The position numbers and the translations under genes were made by a program. The notes under the pieces are model-generated. The model was not told the origin of the DNA. It ran no database searches and saw only the letters and a list, made by a program, of their open reading frames with translations. From an uncultured Verrucomicrobiae bacterium (GTDB lineage Bacteria; Verrucomicrobiota; Verrucomicrobiia; Chthoniobacterales; UBA10450), in NCBI GenBank assembly GCA_963756875.1, contig CAVWPA010000003.1:1088001-1152000 (forward strand): a stretch of 64,000 nucleotides of DNA, in the 5' to 3' direction. Numbering within the stretch: position 1 is the stretch's first letter; each line of letters begins with the position of its first letter. Shown here piece by piece: positions 47,209-57,957 of this stretch.

Positions 47209-47598
47209 ATGAAGGTTCCATTTAAGCTCGGCGTGGTCGGTCACTTCGGTTTGGCCGTGCGCGATCCGAAAGCGAGCGCGAAATGGTTCGAACGCGTTCT
47301 GGGATTGCGCAAGGAATTCGAGTTTGGCGACGGCGTGGCGATCGGAAATGAAAACGTCACGATCGCCTTGTTCAAGGGCAAGCCGTCGCCGGATACGATT
47401 GATCACATGTCGTTTCATCTTCCGAACATGTCGACTCTTCGAAAAGCACTCGCGCATTTAAAAAAACTCAACGTCGATATTGAAGATCCCGGCGATGAGA
47501 TCGGACCGGAAGGACCCGGTTCAAAAAACATGGGCCTGTGGTTTTACGACCCTGACGGCTACCGCTGGGAGCTGAGCGTGCTGGGTGGCCGGCGCTGA
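47209..47598 (+). CDS. VOC/glyoxalase-family protein
   Basis: GHFGLAVRD, IDHMSF, FYDPDGYRWEL. Confidence 0.9.
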   Translation: MKVPFKLGVVGHFGLAVRDPKASAKWFERVLGLRKEFEFGDGVAIGNENVTIALFKGKPSPDTIDHMSFHLPNMSTLRKALAHLKKLNVDIEDPGDEIGPEGPGSKNMGLWFYDPDGYRWELSVLGGRR

Positions 47599-47626
47599 GA
47601 CAGGCGCGGCCGTCCCCGGAGGAATT

Positions 47627-48127
47627 TTAACCGGGGTGCGGGGGAAGAAGAATAAATCGCGCAAATTGCACCATAGCGACCATGAGCTGGAATACGATGG
47701 CGGCGTAGAACGGCCAAAAGACATTCAAGATCGCAACGTTATAAAGTTGGAACAGCATCATCGCGGCCCCTAAAACGGCGACCGGGTAAAATATCCGCCG
47801 ACTCGCGTCCTTGGCTTTCAGTTGTTCAGGGAGAAAGCGAAACCCTCCTTGCGTCGCGCCCGCGAACGCAAAGAGAAAAAGCAGAGTAAACCCGCTGCAC
47901 CAGCGCCAGATCGCGACCGGCGGCGGATTAATCGCAAGAAGCACCGATCCAAACATGCAGAAAACGAGCGGAAAAATCGAGTTGGCCAGCAAAAACCGCA
48001 GGCGGAGTTTATCGATGGCCGACCAATCGTGCACGGATCCACGGCGAAAAACGACTACCACCCCGGCGAAACCCGCCAACGTCACGGCGACCTGCGCCGC
48101 GGTGCCGAGTGCTTCGCCCGGGTCCAT
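47627..48127 (-). CDS. Hypothetical multi-pass membrane protein
   Basis: AQVAVTLAGFAGVVVVF and four further hydrophobic segments. Confidence 0.7.
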   Translation of the reverse strand: MDPGEALGTAAQVAVTLAGFAGVVVVFRRGSVHDWSAIDKLRLRFLLANSIFPLVFCMFGSVLLAINPPPVAIWRWCSGFTLLFLFAFAGATQGGFRFLPEQLKAKDASRRIFYPVAVLGAAMMLFQLYNVAILNVFWPFYAAIVFQLMVAMVQFARFILLPPHPG

Positions 48128-48138
48128 GGACGATGCCG

Positions 48139-51100
48139 CTAGCTATTCTTGGCCGGATTCCGATTCGGGAACGGGGGAACCGGGGGCAACTCGTAACCTT
48201 TGGTCTTCATTTCCTTCTGAATCTCCTGAATCGCCCGGTCGAGCTGCTGATCTTCTCCGCGAAATTCTTTCGCCGGATCGTTGTCCACCATGATATCGGG
48301 GTCAACTCCATGACCTTCGATGATCCATTCCTTCCCTTTTTTCGAATACGGCGCGAATTCCGGCTTGAAGAATTGCCCGCCATCGGTCAACGGCAACGGA
48401 TTGCGAATGCCGATGACGCCGCCCCAGGTCCGTTTACCGATCAGTTTGCCCAGGCCGAGCGACTTGAAGCGGTAAGGAAAGATGTCGCCATCGGACGCTG
48501 AAAATTCGTCGATCAAGGCAACCATCGGGCCAATGAATGTCTGTGGCGGGTTCGTTTGAGGCACGCCGTTTCGCGCGATTTCCACCATTATAAGCGCGCG
48601 GCGCAACCGCTCGATGACTAGCGGCGAAACAAAGCCGCCGCCGTTGCCGCGTACGTCGACGATGAGCCCTTTCTTGTGGATTTGCGGAAAATAAAGCTTG
48701 GTGAATTCGTCCAGGCCCGGCTGTCCCATATCGGGGATGTGAACATAGCCGACCTCGCCGCCGGTCTTTTTATTTACTTCGTCGATATTTTTGCGCACCC
48801 AGGCCAGGTAGTAGAGGGGCGATTCATCATCGATCGGCACAACTGTAACGTCGCGTGCGCCCGCCTCGGTCGGCTTGGAATTCACACGCAGGATTACCTG
48901 CTTGCCGGCTGTATCGATGAGCGCGTCGTATATATTAGGCAACGTGGAAACCGGGATCCCATTGATCGCCAGGATGTAGTCGCCCACCTTCACGTTTACG
49001 CCGATTGCCGTAAGAGGAGAACGCGTATGTTCGTCCCAGTTTTCTCCCGGTAAAATCCGATCGATCCGGTAAGCGCGAGTGGATTGGTCGCGGGAGAATT
49101 CCGCCCCGAGCAATCCGAGTTTGACCCGCGGCGCTTTGGGTCGTTCGCCGCCGACGACATAAGTGTGGCTGTTGTTCAGTTCGCCGATCAATTCGCCCAG
49201 TAAATAGGTGAGATCGTTGCGATGATTCACGAAGGGAAGCAGCGCGGCGTATTTGTCCCGCATTGCCTTCCAATCGACGCCATTCATGGTCGGCGAATAG
49301 AAGAAATCGCGCATTTGCCGCCAGGCCTCGAAATAGATCTGCTTCCATTCGGCGTGCCGATCGAGCTGCATATCGAGGCCGGAGAGCTTGAGCTCGTGAT
49401 CTTTTGTCTCGAGTTTGTCCTTGGGCAAATCGATTATGGAATAATCCTTTTTGATCTTTAGCAGCATCTTCTTGCCGTCAGCTGTGATCTCGTAGCCGTT
49501 CACGTCGCCGAGGACGGCTTCTTTCCTGTCCTCCAGGTTGTACACGCAAAGATGCTGTTTCTCTTCCTGGCCGAATAGGTCTTCCTGGTTTTCACCAGTC
49601 TCGTCTCCCACGGTGTGGCGCAGATAGAAGATCCGGTCGTCGACCATCCTGATGTCCTTGTAATTTCCCGGTGTGATTTCCAGGCCCACGATCCGGTCTT
49701 GAACGCCGTCGGTGTCCACCTTAACGACTACGGGCTTCTTTTGTTCGGTCTCTTTCTTTTCCGTTTTTTTCTTATCAGCCGTCGCCTTTTTCTCTCCCGT
49801 CTTCTTCTCCGTTTTCTGTTCCTCGGCTTTTTTCTCTTGTTCCTTCTTCTTTTCCGCCTTGCCGACTTCATCGCTGCGCGGCCCCAGCGGCGACTCGGTC
49901 TCTTTAGCGAGCGTGACGAGATAGACACGTTCCATGTCGCGATAAACGTTCTCAAATTCCTCTTCGCCGAACGTCGGTTTGAAATCGCGCGCCGAACTCA
50001 ATAGCAAATATTTCCCATCATCACTAAAGACGGGATTGCTTGCGTCGTACCAGGTGTCGGTCACCGGGACCTGTTGTTTGGTGCCAGTCGAGTAGAGATA
50101 AACCCTGTTCAGATTGTTTTCCTCAGGGCGCGCCCATGTGATCCACTGACTGTCCGGCGACCATGCGTAGGCCTGGATCTCGCCGTATTTGTCGTGATCG
50201 ACATCGGTCACGGCTTTGGATGCAATGTCCACATAACGCAGCCGTTGCAACCGATCGCTCCAAAGCAGCTTTTTGCTGTCCGGCGACCAGACCGCATAAT
50301 AATAGTAGGTGTTCGCTCCGCTGGTCACCTGCTGCGGCTCGCCCTTGCCGTCCTGCGACCGGATGTATAATTCATTCTCGCCGGTCGCGTCCGAATTGTA
50401 GGCAATCCATTTTCCGTCCGGCGACCAGATTGCGTCCCGTTCGTGGGCATTTGATGTCCTGGTCAGGTCGCGGGGAGTGCCATGTTTTGCGGGAACGGAA
50501 AAAAGATCTCCCCGGGCTACCACAATCACACGCTCGCCGTCCGGTGCCGGATGAACCGATTCGATATGCTTTGACGCATCGACCAATTCCGAGCGTCCGG
50601 AGGCAAAATCCTCTTCGATCTTGATCGGCAGTACGGTTGTTTGTCCATTGGCCAGGTCATAACGCCAGATGTAGCCGGCTTGTTCGAACACGATGGAGTC
50701 TTTACCGATCGAGGGAAACTTGATGTCGAAGTCCTTGAAGGTGGTGAGCTGCTTCGTGGCTTTGTTCTTGAGATCGATCGAGAACAGGTTCATTCGCCCA
50801 TCGCGGTCGGAGAGAAAGTAGACGTGGTTATCGGGGCCCCACATCGGGCAGATGTCCTGGGCGGGATCATTTGTGAGATTTTCAGTGGCAGCCGTTTTGA
50901 AATCGTAGATCCATACGTCGTCGGTCATGCCGCCGCGATAATGCTTCCAGGTACGGAACTCGCGGAAAACGCGGTTGAACGCCATCTTGGAATCATCGGG
51001 CGAGAACGAAACAAAGCCTCCGCGCGGCACGGGAAGCTGCTGCGGCAGGTCGCTGTCCATGCCGACCGTATAAAGCTGGCCGTTGAAATCGTTGAACGAT

Positions 51101-51555
51101 ATCATACGCGAGCGGAAAACAACCCTTGGCCTCGTATTTTCCCACGTCATCACGAGGTTGTTCGGTCCCATGCGATCCGAGATGTCGTCGCGATGAAGAG
51201 TAGCCGAGGTGGTCAGGCGTTTTGGCGGGCCGCCTTCCGCCGGCATGACGTAAACTTCTGTGTTGCCGTCATAATGCGACGTGAACGCGAGCTGCGTTCC
51301 GTCGGGTGAGAAACGTGGGAATGAAGCGTAGCCGGGGCCGCTGGTTAACCTGCGCGCGGTGCCGCCATCCTTGCCAACTGTATAAAGCTGGCCCGCATAA
51401 CAAAAAACGATTTGGCGCCCATTGGTCGTGGGAAACCGGAGCAGACGCGTGGTGTCGGGCAGTTTTTGCGCGGACACAGTTGCAAAGGGCAAAAGGCTTG
51501 ATGCAAGCAGCGAAAAGACGAGCGCGACGCATGGTCGAGAAGGCAAGGTAATCAT
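48139..51555 (-). CDS. Tricorn protease homologue (S41 family)
   Basis: Signal peptide, PD40-like propeller repeats, ELNNSH, PDZ, GYVHIPDM, DVRGNGGG, catalytic SASDGD, GKRTWGG. Confidence 0.95.
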   Translation of the reverse strand: MITLPSRPCVALVFSLLASSLLPFATVSAQKLPDTTRLLRFPTTNGRQIVFCYAGQLYTVGKDGGTARRLTSGPGYASFPRFSPDGTQLAFTSHYDGNTEVYVMPAEGGPPKRLTTSATLHRDDISDRMGPNNLVMTWENTRPRVVFRSRMISFNDFNGQLYTVGMDSDLPQQLPVPRGGFVSFSPDDSKMAFNRVFREFRTWKHYRGGMTDDVWIYDFKTAATENLTNDPAQDICPMWGPDNHVYFLSDRDGRMNLFSIDLKNKATKQLTTFKDFDIKFPSIGKDSIVFEQAGYIWRYDLANGQTTVLPIKIEEDFASGRSELVDASKHIESVHPAPDGERVIVVARGDLFSVPAKHGTPRDLTRTSNAHERDAIWSPDGKWIAYNSDATGENELYIRSQDGKGEPQQVTSGANTYYYYAVWSPDSKKLLWSDRLQRLRYVDIASKAVTDVDHDKYGEIQAYAWSPDSQWITWARPEENNLNRVYLYSTGTKQQVPVTDTWYDASNPVFSDDGKYLLLSSARDFKPTFGEEEFENVYRDMERVYLVTLAKETESPLGPRSDEVGKAEKKKEQEKKAEEQKTEKKTGEKKATADKKKTEKKETEQKKPVVVKVDTDGVQDRIVGLEITPGNYKDIRMVDDRIFYLRHTVGDETGENQEDLFGQEEKQHLCVYNLEDRKEAVLGDVNGYEITADGKKMLLKIKKDYSIIDLPKDKLETKDHELKLSGLDMQLDRHAEWKQIYFEAWRQMRDFFYSPTMNGVDWKAMRDKYAALLPFVNHRNDLTYLLGELIGELNNSHTYVVGGERPKAPRVKLGLLGAEFSRDQSTRAYRIDRILPGENWDEHTRSPLTAIGVNVKVGDYILAINGIPVSTLPNIYDALIDTAGKQVILRVNSKPTEAGARDVTVVPIDDESPLYYLAWVRKNIDEVNKKTGGEVGYVHIPDMGQPGLDEFTKLYFPQIHKKGLIVDVRGNGGGFVSPLVIERLRRALIMVEIARNGVPQTNPPQTFIGPMVALIDEFSASDGDIFPYRFKSLGLGKLIGKRTWGGVIGIRNPLPLTDGGQFFKPEFAPYSKKGKEWIIEGHGVDPDIMVDNDPAKEFRGEDQQLDRAIQEIQKEMKTKGYELPPVPPFPNRNPAKNS

Positions 51556-51729
51556 GGAGAAAAGCAAGCTGATGTTCATTGTGCCGGATGCAAGATCGAA
51601 ATTATCGTGTGCCACACGTTAGATGTCAGACATCCATCGTTCGATTGTCGTTTAATCCCTTTATGGTCTCAAGCCTCCAGCGAATCAGGAGCGTGAAATC
51701 CGGAAAGCGATTATAGTGTTTTTCCCTGG

Positions 51730-52602
51730 ATGAAAAGGACGCACAAACCGATTTCCCTTCGTTCTGGTCAGATCGAGTTTCTCAAGGTCAACACCGAGTG
51801 GGAATGGCGCGACATGTACCAATGGCTGCTGGGGTTGAGTTGGCCGCAATTCGCTGCGTTCGTTGCCGGTATTTACATTGCGCTGAACCTGGTTTTCGCC
51901 GCCCTCTACACTCTGGGCGGAGATTGCGTGGCGGGGATGACCCGCGGCTCTTTTTCGGACGCCTTCTTCTTCAGCGTGCAAACTCTGGCCACTGTCGGCT
52001 ACGGCCACATGTACCCGAGTAATCTTTACGGTCACATTGTTACTACCGTCGAAATCATGAGCGGCCTGTTTTTGCTCGCCGTCATGACCGGACTCATTTT
52101 CGTTCGCTTTTCGCGGCCGACCGCAAGGATTTTGTTCAGCCGATCGGCTGTGATCGCGCCATTGAACGGACGGCCTACCCTGATGGTGCGCATTGGCAAC
52201 CTGCGCCAGCAGAGCATGGTCGAGTCCGAATTCCGAATCATGTTCATGCGCGATGAGCCGTTGCTGGAAGGCGGCGATTTCAGGCACTTTTACAACCTAA
52301 AACTTCAGTTCGATCGGTTGATCACGTTTCCGGCCGCGCTCACGCTCCGGCACGTTATTGACGAGCAAAGCCCGTTTTATGGCGCGACGCCAGAATTGCT
52401 GGAGAGCAGTCGTGCCGTACTCGTCGCTTCAGTCGTCGGCACCGATCCGGTGATCCCTGCATCAGTGCAGACGCAACAGGATTATACGTGGCGCGATATT
52501 CGCTGGGGCGAGCGCTTCGTCGAAATTTACACGGAGCATGGCGACGGGAGGCTTACCGTCGATTACGGTCGCCTTCACGATACGGAACCCGCGGAGTTGT
52601 AA
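51730..52602 (+). CDS. Inward-rectifier K+ channel (KirBac-like)
   Basis: FFFSVQTLATVGYG filter, FSRPTARILFS, RHVIDEQSP. Confidence 0.93.
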   Translation: MKRTHKPISLRSGQIEFLKVNTEWEWRDMYQWLLGLSWPQFAAFVAGIYIALNLVFAALYTLGGDCVAGMTRGSFSDAFFFSVQTLATVGYGHMYPSNLYGHIVTTVEIMSGLFLLAVMTGLIFVRFSRPTARILFSRSAVIAPLNGRPTLMVRIGNLRQQSMVESEFRIMFMRDEPLLEGGDFRHFYNLKLQFDRLITFPAALTLRHVIDEQSPFYGATPELLESSRAVLVASVVGTDPVIPASVQTQQDYTWRDIRWGERFVEIYTEHGDGRLTVDYGRLHDTEPAEL

Positions 52603-52704
52603 AAGATCCATATTCGTCGCGGCTCCGATTCGGATTTCCCGTCCGGGATTCGACGACGAGAACGATGTTGAATCCGTACGCCGCGTTAGCGCATCCTACT
52701 GGAT

Positions 52705-53367
52705 ATGAGCGATCAACCCGCAGTTCGCCCCAAAATTTCACCGATCACGTGGCTCGGTCTTTTCATTGCACTGTTTGGAATGCTGGTTGCCCGGCAGGCG
52801 GTTTCCTATTTTCTGCCGGCGCTGACGTTTACTTCCTCGCTTTGGAAAGAGTTGCCTATGTGGCTGCTCGCTATCGCCTTGTTGTTCATTATCCGGCGCG
52901 GCGAACGTCTGCCGTTGAGTTCGGTTGGCATCGGCACATCGAAGTGGTGGAAATCGATTTTGTGGGGATTGGTTATCACTGCTGTTTGCTTTCTCCTGGG
53001 CGGCGTGATCATCCATTTCACGCATTTCAATGGCGGTCCCCTGGGAAAAGCATTCGCAAAGCTGCCACTTTGGCTAATCACGCTGATTGTGGTCCGCGCC
53101 GGCGTGGTCGAGGAATTATTTTATCGCGGATATTCCATCGAGCGGCTTCAGGCCCTCGGACTCAATCGCTATCTGGCCGCCGGCATTCCGTTACTTATCT
53201 TCGGCTTCGGACATTGGACCGGCGGCTGGACAAACGTTCTCATTGCGCTCGTGCTCGGGGCCGTGTTTTGCGTGTTCTACCTTTGGCGCCGCGATCTGGT
53301 TTCCAACATAATCGCCCATTTCCTCGTCGATTTTATCAGCAACGTGGTACCGCGACTGTTCTCATAG
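52705..53367 (+). CDS. CPBP (Abi/CAAX) intramembrane metalloprotease
   Basis: VEELFYRG, FGFGH, NIIAHFLVD. Confidence 0.9.
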   Translation: MSDQPAVRPKISPITWLGLFIALFGMLVARQAVSYFLPALTFTSSLWKELPMWLLAIALLFIIRRGERLPLSSVGIGTSKWWKSILWGLVITAVCFLLGGVIIHFTHFNGGPLGKAFAKLPLWLITLIVVRAGVVEELFYRGYSIERLQALGLNRYLAAGIPLLIFGFGHWTGGWTNVLIALVLGAVFCVFYLWRRDLVSNIIAHFLVDFISNVVPRLFS

Positions 53368-53440
53368 CACTCGTTGTCGGAATCGGGACGCCCGCCTTCG
53401 CCCGGCCACGGCGCCGCAGGCTGAGGCCCCCACATTTCGT

Positions 53441-54820
53441 TCACGACGCAGCCGCGCTGCCCGGGACCAGTGTTTCCATTTCTTCGAACGCGAGCTTTAA
53501 ACGCAACTCGCGCCGGAGCAGCCAAAGATTGATACAGGCCTGAAGAACCTGTGACGCGACCGACAGATACCAGACATATTTGATCTCGAATCCGGGCGTG
53601 CGCGCAAGCAGCAAGGCTGGCAAGGCAAAGAGGAACAAGCGGGTCATCGAGCTGAGAAGCGGCGGCAAAGTATTGCCAATTCCCTGGAACACGCTCGAAC
53701 TGGTAAACACAACTCCAGCGGCCACGAAATTGAATGCCACGATCCTGAGATAATCGCTGCCGAAGGCAATGACTCGCGGGTCGCGTGAAAAACCGCGAAT
53801 CATCAGCGGCGCCGCGAACCAGGTGATCACCGTGAGCACGAACATCGTCAGCGATGCAATCCCGATCGCCGAATACACGGAACGACGAACGCGATCGCCA
53901 TGGCGTCCGCCGAAGTTTTGGCCAACTACCGGAGAAACGGCAAAGCTGAGTGCCACAATCGGTAGAAACGCTGCCTGCATCACGCGCGCTCCGATGCCGA
54001 ATCCCGCCTGGGCCGCTGGGCCAAACCCGCGAATAATCCCGTAAACGATCATGATGTAAACGAAGAGGAGCACAAACTCCGCACCCGCCGGCACTCCGAT
54101 GCGCAGCATCGCCCACCAGATTTTTGGTCGCGGAGAAAAAAGCAGAAAGCGAAACCGCAGATAATGATATTTTCTCTCGAAGTAGATCACCATCAGCACG
54201 TCCGCGACCAGGATGGAAATGAAAGTGGCGAGCGCCGCTCCGGTCACTCCCATTCTGGGCCACGGCCCAATCCCGAAGATTAAGAACGGAGCCAGCACCA
54301 TGTTGAGCACCACGCTGAGCACCTGAAAACCGACGGCCGGCTTGATGATTCCCGTCGCACGCAACGCCGATCCCAGTGCGATCAATGGAAACTGCAGGAC
54401 CATAGCCGGAATGAACCAAAGCAGATAACTCTTCGCTAGCGCCGCTGTGAGCGCGTCTGCGCTCAACGATTCGCAATACGGATTCCGCGCGAGAAATCCC
54501 AAAAATCCCAGAGCCAATCCCACCAGGATGGACATGACGAAGGATTGGTTGAAGACCAACTCGGCGCGAGGTTGGTCCTTTTTCCCGGTAGCATGCGAGA
54601 TCAGCGTCGTCGTTCCTACGCCCAGCATTTGCGTTAGCGCCAGGACGATCATGGTCAGGCTGCCGGCCACGCCGACCGCCGCGATCGCCTCCTTCCCAAG
54701 ATGCCCAACCCAGAAAAGGTCGGCCAGGAGGTAGAGCGTTTGCACCAGCATGCTCGCAGCCAGGAACGCCGACATGTGCAGAAGGTGTTTCGTTACCGAT
54801 CCCTGCGTCAGGTCTTTCAT
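53441..54820 (-). CDS. MATE-family efflux transporter
   Basis: MKDLTQGSV, LADLFWVGHLG, MGVTGAALAT, GQNFGG; about 12 TM segments. Confidence 0.93.
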   Translation of the reverse strand: MKDLTQGSVTKHLLHMSAFLAASMLVQTLYLLADLFWVGHLGKEAIAAVGVAGSLTMIVLALTQMLGVGTTTLISHATGKKDQPRAELVFNQSFVMSILVGLALGFLGFLARNPYCESLSADALTAALAKSYLLWFIPAMVLQFPLIALGSALRATGIIKPAVGFQVLSVVLNMVLAPFLIFGIGPWPRMGVTGAALATFISILVADVLMVIYFERKYHYLRFRFLLFSPRPKIWWAMLRIGVPAGAEFVLLFVYIMIVYGIIRGFGPAAQAGFGIGARVMQAAFLPIVALSFAVSPVVGQNFGGRHGDRVRRSVYSAIGIASLTMFVLTVITWFAAPLMIRGFSRDPRVIAFGSDYLRIVAFNFVAAGVVFTSSSVFQGIGNTLPPLLSSMTRLFLFALPALLLARTPGFEIKYVWYLSVASQVLQACINLWLLRRELRLKLAFEEMETLVPGSAAAS

Positions 54821-54877
54821 GTGCGCTCCGCGTTTGGCGTCGGATGTTCGCCGGTTGGCCGGTGTCCCGTCAACCCC

Positions 54878-55828
54878 TCAAGTTGCTTCCTGTGCAACGG
54901 CCTGCGCCCTTTGCACCATTGCCACCGCCGCCATCAAAACGATTCCCGCGGCGACCTGATGCGGTTGAAGTGTGGCGTGGAAAAAACCCCAGGTGATGCA
55001 CACGGCCGCAAGCGTTTGCATCATTTCGAAGTAACCCGCCGTCGAGGCGCGTGTGAGCCGTAGTCCCTCAAAATAAATCAAAAGTGGAACACCGCCCGAA
55101 ATCGAAGCAAGCAGGAGCAAGGCGATAATAGCAGTGCCGGGGTGTGCCTGCGCGGTTGCCGGCCAAAGCGCGCTCGACCGAAAATTCCCGTAGACCAGGA
55201 GAATAACCGTCATGCAAACGAGCCCCACCACAATACGCAGACTCGAGGCCAGCCGCAGCGACATGCCGGTCATCACACCGCGGCCGGCGACAGTCGAAAG
55301 TCCCCAAAAGAGCGCGCAGATCAGCGCGTAGCCGGTTCCGAGGTTCAATCCCGCCTTCTGAAACGAAACGCCGATCAATGTCGGGTGTTCCACGGACAGA
55401 AAAATACCGGCGACGATCGCAATGCTTGCGTAGAGAAAAAAGCGGGGGGTTAAACGGTCGCCGAAAAGCAGGAACGCGCCCAGGGTGGAGATCACCGGTT
55501 GAATGTTCAGGATGACGTTTACGACTGTCGGGTTGCCGTTTTTCAGGGCCAGGGTAAAGAAAACCGTCCCAACGGCAGAGCCCGCGAAGCCCGAGAACAA
55601 CAGGTAACCCCATGTGGACGGTGCAATCCTGCGCACTTCTCCGAGTCGCGGAATCAGGAGCGGAAGAAACATCAGCAGAATCAGCACGTGCTCCCAGAAC
55701 ACGATCACTTGCGCATCGAAAAGTTTGTTGAGCGGAATACGCCATGCGCTTTCCGTTCCCCAGAGGGCGGCGCCGAGTCCGACCAGCCATGGCCCGTAGC
55801 TTGCGCGGGCCTCGTCGCCTTTTGTCAT
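54878..55828 (-). CDS. DMT/EamA-family transporter
   Basis: GAALWG, LNIQPV, CALFWGLSTVAGR, YFEGL; two EamA halves; start 55828 or 55849. Confidence 0.88.
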   Translation of the reverse strand: MTKGDEARASYGPWLVGLGAALWGTESAWRIPLNKLFDAQVIVFWEHVLILLMFLPLLIPRLGEVRRIAPSTWGYLLFSGFAGSAVGTVFFTLALKNGNPTVVNVILNIQPVISTLGAFLLFGDRLTPRFFLYASIAIVAGIFLSVEHPTLIGVSFQKAGLNLGTGYALICALFWGLSTVAGRGVMTGMSLRLASSLRIVVGLVCMTVILLVYGNFRSSALWPATAQAHPGTAIIALLLLASISGGVPLLIYFEGLRLTRASTAGYFEMMQTLAAVCITWGFFHATLQPHQVAAGIVLMAAVAMVQRAQAVAQEAT

Positions 55829-55840
55829 GCGAACGGTCTT

Positions 55841-56018
55841 AGAAGCCATCCCATAAATAGGAGTTGGTCGCGCTCTTTGGGTGGCGTCACTTTTGGGCTT
55901 GAATTGCGTCGCTCCTCGGTCACAGATCCATTCGGATATGCTTTGTCGTCGCGCCTTGTTCAAACCAAAAATCGAACAGCCGCGTGGCCCAACCCCATCT
56001 ATTTATGAGATGGCTTCT
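55841..56018. mobile_element. MITE (178 bp) with 20-bp terminal inverted repeats
   Basis: AGAAGCCATCCCATAAATAG / CTATTTATGAGATGGCTTCT (19/20); non-coding interior. Confidence 0.7.
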
Positions 56019-56078
56019 GGCGTTCGCATGGCGCTACGCCAACAACGTAATCGCGCTGGGTGGCCGGCGACCCGCGAT

Positions 56079-56561
56079 TTACTTCGTGGCCACGTCGGCT
56101 GCGCAGATCTCCCGGGCGAGCCCGCGGGCTTCCTCTTCGAGGCCGCCGAATGTGAACTTGGCGCAGGTGCGACGGTCTCGGAGATATTGCTGCACCCACT
56201 GCTCGAGGCCGCCGCTTCGTTCGCATTGGGCCACATGCACAAACTGATGCAGGAGCAGCTCACGGTCTCCCCAGCAATCGGCACGGATGATGATTGCATG
56301 ACCGACAGCGACGCCGCGGGAAGCGTCTGTGATGATTTGCGCGCGGCGCGCGGCGTTCGCAAGGTCCTTGTTCTCAGGCAGCGAAATTCGATCGACAACC
56401 AGCACCCTGATCCGGGCGCAATCCCGAACCCCGGCCAGGCAGGCGTCGGTAAAGTGTTGAGGCCCTAATGACGCGCCGGTGGCCAGGACGAATTCCTCCT
56501 GCGCCCTGGCCCATTGGTAAGCAAGCGGCAAAAGGTGTTCGAATGTCTCCGGATCGATCAT
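56079..56561 (-). CDS. Hypothetical protein, DUF4157/zincin-like
   Basis: LLLHQFVHVAQCER and LEEEAR resemble an HExxH...E zincin pattern. Confidence 0.6.
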   Translation of the reverse strand: MIDPETFEHLLPLAYQWARAQEEFVLATGASLGPQHFTDACLAGVRDCARIRVLVVDRISLPENKDLANAARRAQIITDASRGVAVGHAIIIRADCWGDRELLLHQFVHVAQCERSGGLEQWVQQYLRDRRTCAKFTFGGLEEEARGLAREICAADVATK

Positions 56562-56668
56562 CGCGGCGGGAAGGGAAAACTGATAACGACCAAAAATAGC
56601 AAAAGCCGTGCAAAACCGGATAACAGATACCTGGTAAAATTAAATCCCCGGCGGGTGCCCGATACCTG

Positions 56669-56890
56669 TCATGGCCGCCCGGGAAAACGCTTCATCAGTT
56701 CCTGACGAATCTCCATGGCGAGCTTGGGAGTCAGGCGGCTGAGGGTCAATTCCCGGCGCTCGGGGTTCATGGCCGCCAACTCGCGCACAATCTTGTCGCG
56801 GGTTTTCATTTTTGCGTGCTGACTCCACCCGATGCCGATCGCGATCAGCGCGGAGATGGTCCATACGGCGATATCGACGCCCGTGATCAT
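56669..56890 (-). CDS. Small single-TM hypothetical protein
   Basis: 73 aa, N-terminal TM followed by a basic helical tail. Confidence 0.55.
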   Translation of the reverse strand: MITGVDIAVWTISALIAIGIGWSQHAKMKTRDKIVRELAAMNPERRELTLSRLTPKLAMEIRQELMKRFPGRP

Positions 56891-56945
56891 GTTGATTCGT
56901 TAAGCCATTAGACTGTTAAATCATTAAAGCGAAGGGTGGAAGACA

Positions 56946-57845
56946 TTAGAGCGCTTCGGGATGGTATTTTTTCCAGTAACGCAGCGAAGCGGTGACAGCC
57001 ATGTGGCTCGGGTCGGCTGCCTCGTAGCCTTGCACTTCGTCGTTGGTCGCTCCGCCTGCGCGAAGTTCGGCATGTTCGTATTCGGCAAATTCAGGAATTA
57101 ATCCGGCTTCGTCTCGGCCGGCCTGTATTTTTTGTCGGAACCATTCCGACCAGCGCCTTACGCATTCGTCCAAGGCATCGAGATGATCGGCAACTGAGTC
57201 TTTGATTGTTCCGAAGTGCGGAAGGTAAAGGGTCGCCGCATTTAGCGCGCGCATTTTTGCAATCGACTCGAGCCACGATTCGATGTGCAGCTCGGGCGGG
57301 ACAAATGGCGGAATGGGCGGACCATTGCCGATGCGGACACCGGCGATGTCGCCACCGAACAGGTTTTCCTCCCAGTGATAGACGTGATGATGACTGGCGT
57401 GGCCAGGGGTGGCGATGGCGCGGATTTCAAACGGCGGAACGCGGATGACATCGTTGTCCTGCAGAATTTTGACGTGCTCTTCGGAGACCGGCGCAATCGT
57501 GCCCCAAAGGCGTTGCATGTCGTTGCCAAAAATTCGGGTGGCGGATTCAATCAGTTTTGAGGGATCGATGAGGTGCGGGGCGCCGCGGGGATGCACGTAG
57601 ATTGTCGCGTTCAATTTCGCAAAACGCCATGCGGCGCCGGCGTGATCGAAATGAATGTGACTGAGAAACACGTGGCGCACGTCTTCGGGTGCGCGTCCAA
57701 TTTCGCGGAGTGCGTTGGCAACGTTGTCGAAGGTCGATTCCGGGCCGGTATCGAAAAGGGCGATACCGTCATTCGTTTCCAGCGCGGTGGCGGCAACGAT
57801 GCCGGCCCGGTCGAGCTGAAGCGTATCCAGAATGTGAATCTTCAA
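56946..57845 (-). CDS. MBL-fold metallo-hydrolase
   Basis: FDTGP, SHIHFDHAG, TPGHASHH, GGDIAG, PHFG; probable TTG start at 57845. Confidence 0.9.
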   Translation of the reverse strand: MKIHILDTLQLDRAGIVAATALETNDGIALFDTGPESTFDNVANALREIGRAPEDVRHVFLSHIHFDHAGAAWRFAKLNATIYVHPRGAPHLIDPSKLIESATRIFGNDMQRLWGTIAPVSEEHVKILQDNDVIRVPPFEIRAIATPGHASHHHVYHWEENLFGGDIAGVRIGNGPPIPPFVPPELHIESWLESIAKMRALNAATLYLPHFGTIKDSVADHLDALDECVRRWSEWFRQKIQAGRDEAGLIPEFAEYEHAELRAGGATNDEVQGYEAADPSHMAVTASLRYWKKYHPEAL

Positions 57846-57957
57846 GTTGAACGGCCTTTCGAGATTGCCACCATGTGAGTTCCTTTGGGAATGACGAAGC
57901 CGTCGCCTTTGGGGTAACGACGCAAAGGCGTCGTCCATCGGCAAAAACGCTTGCCCG

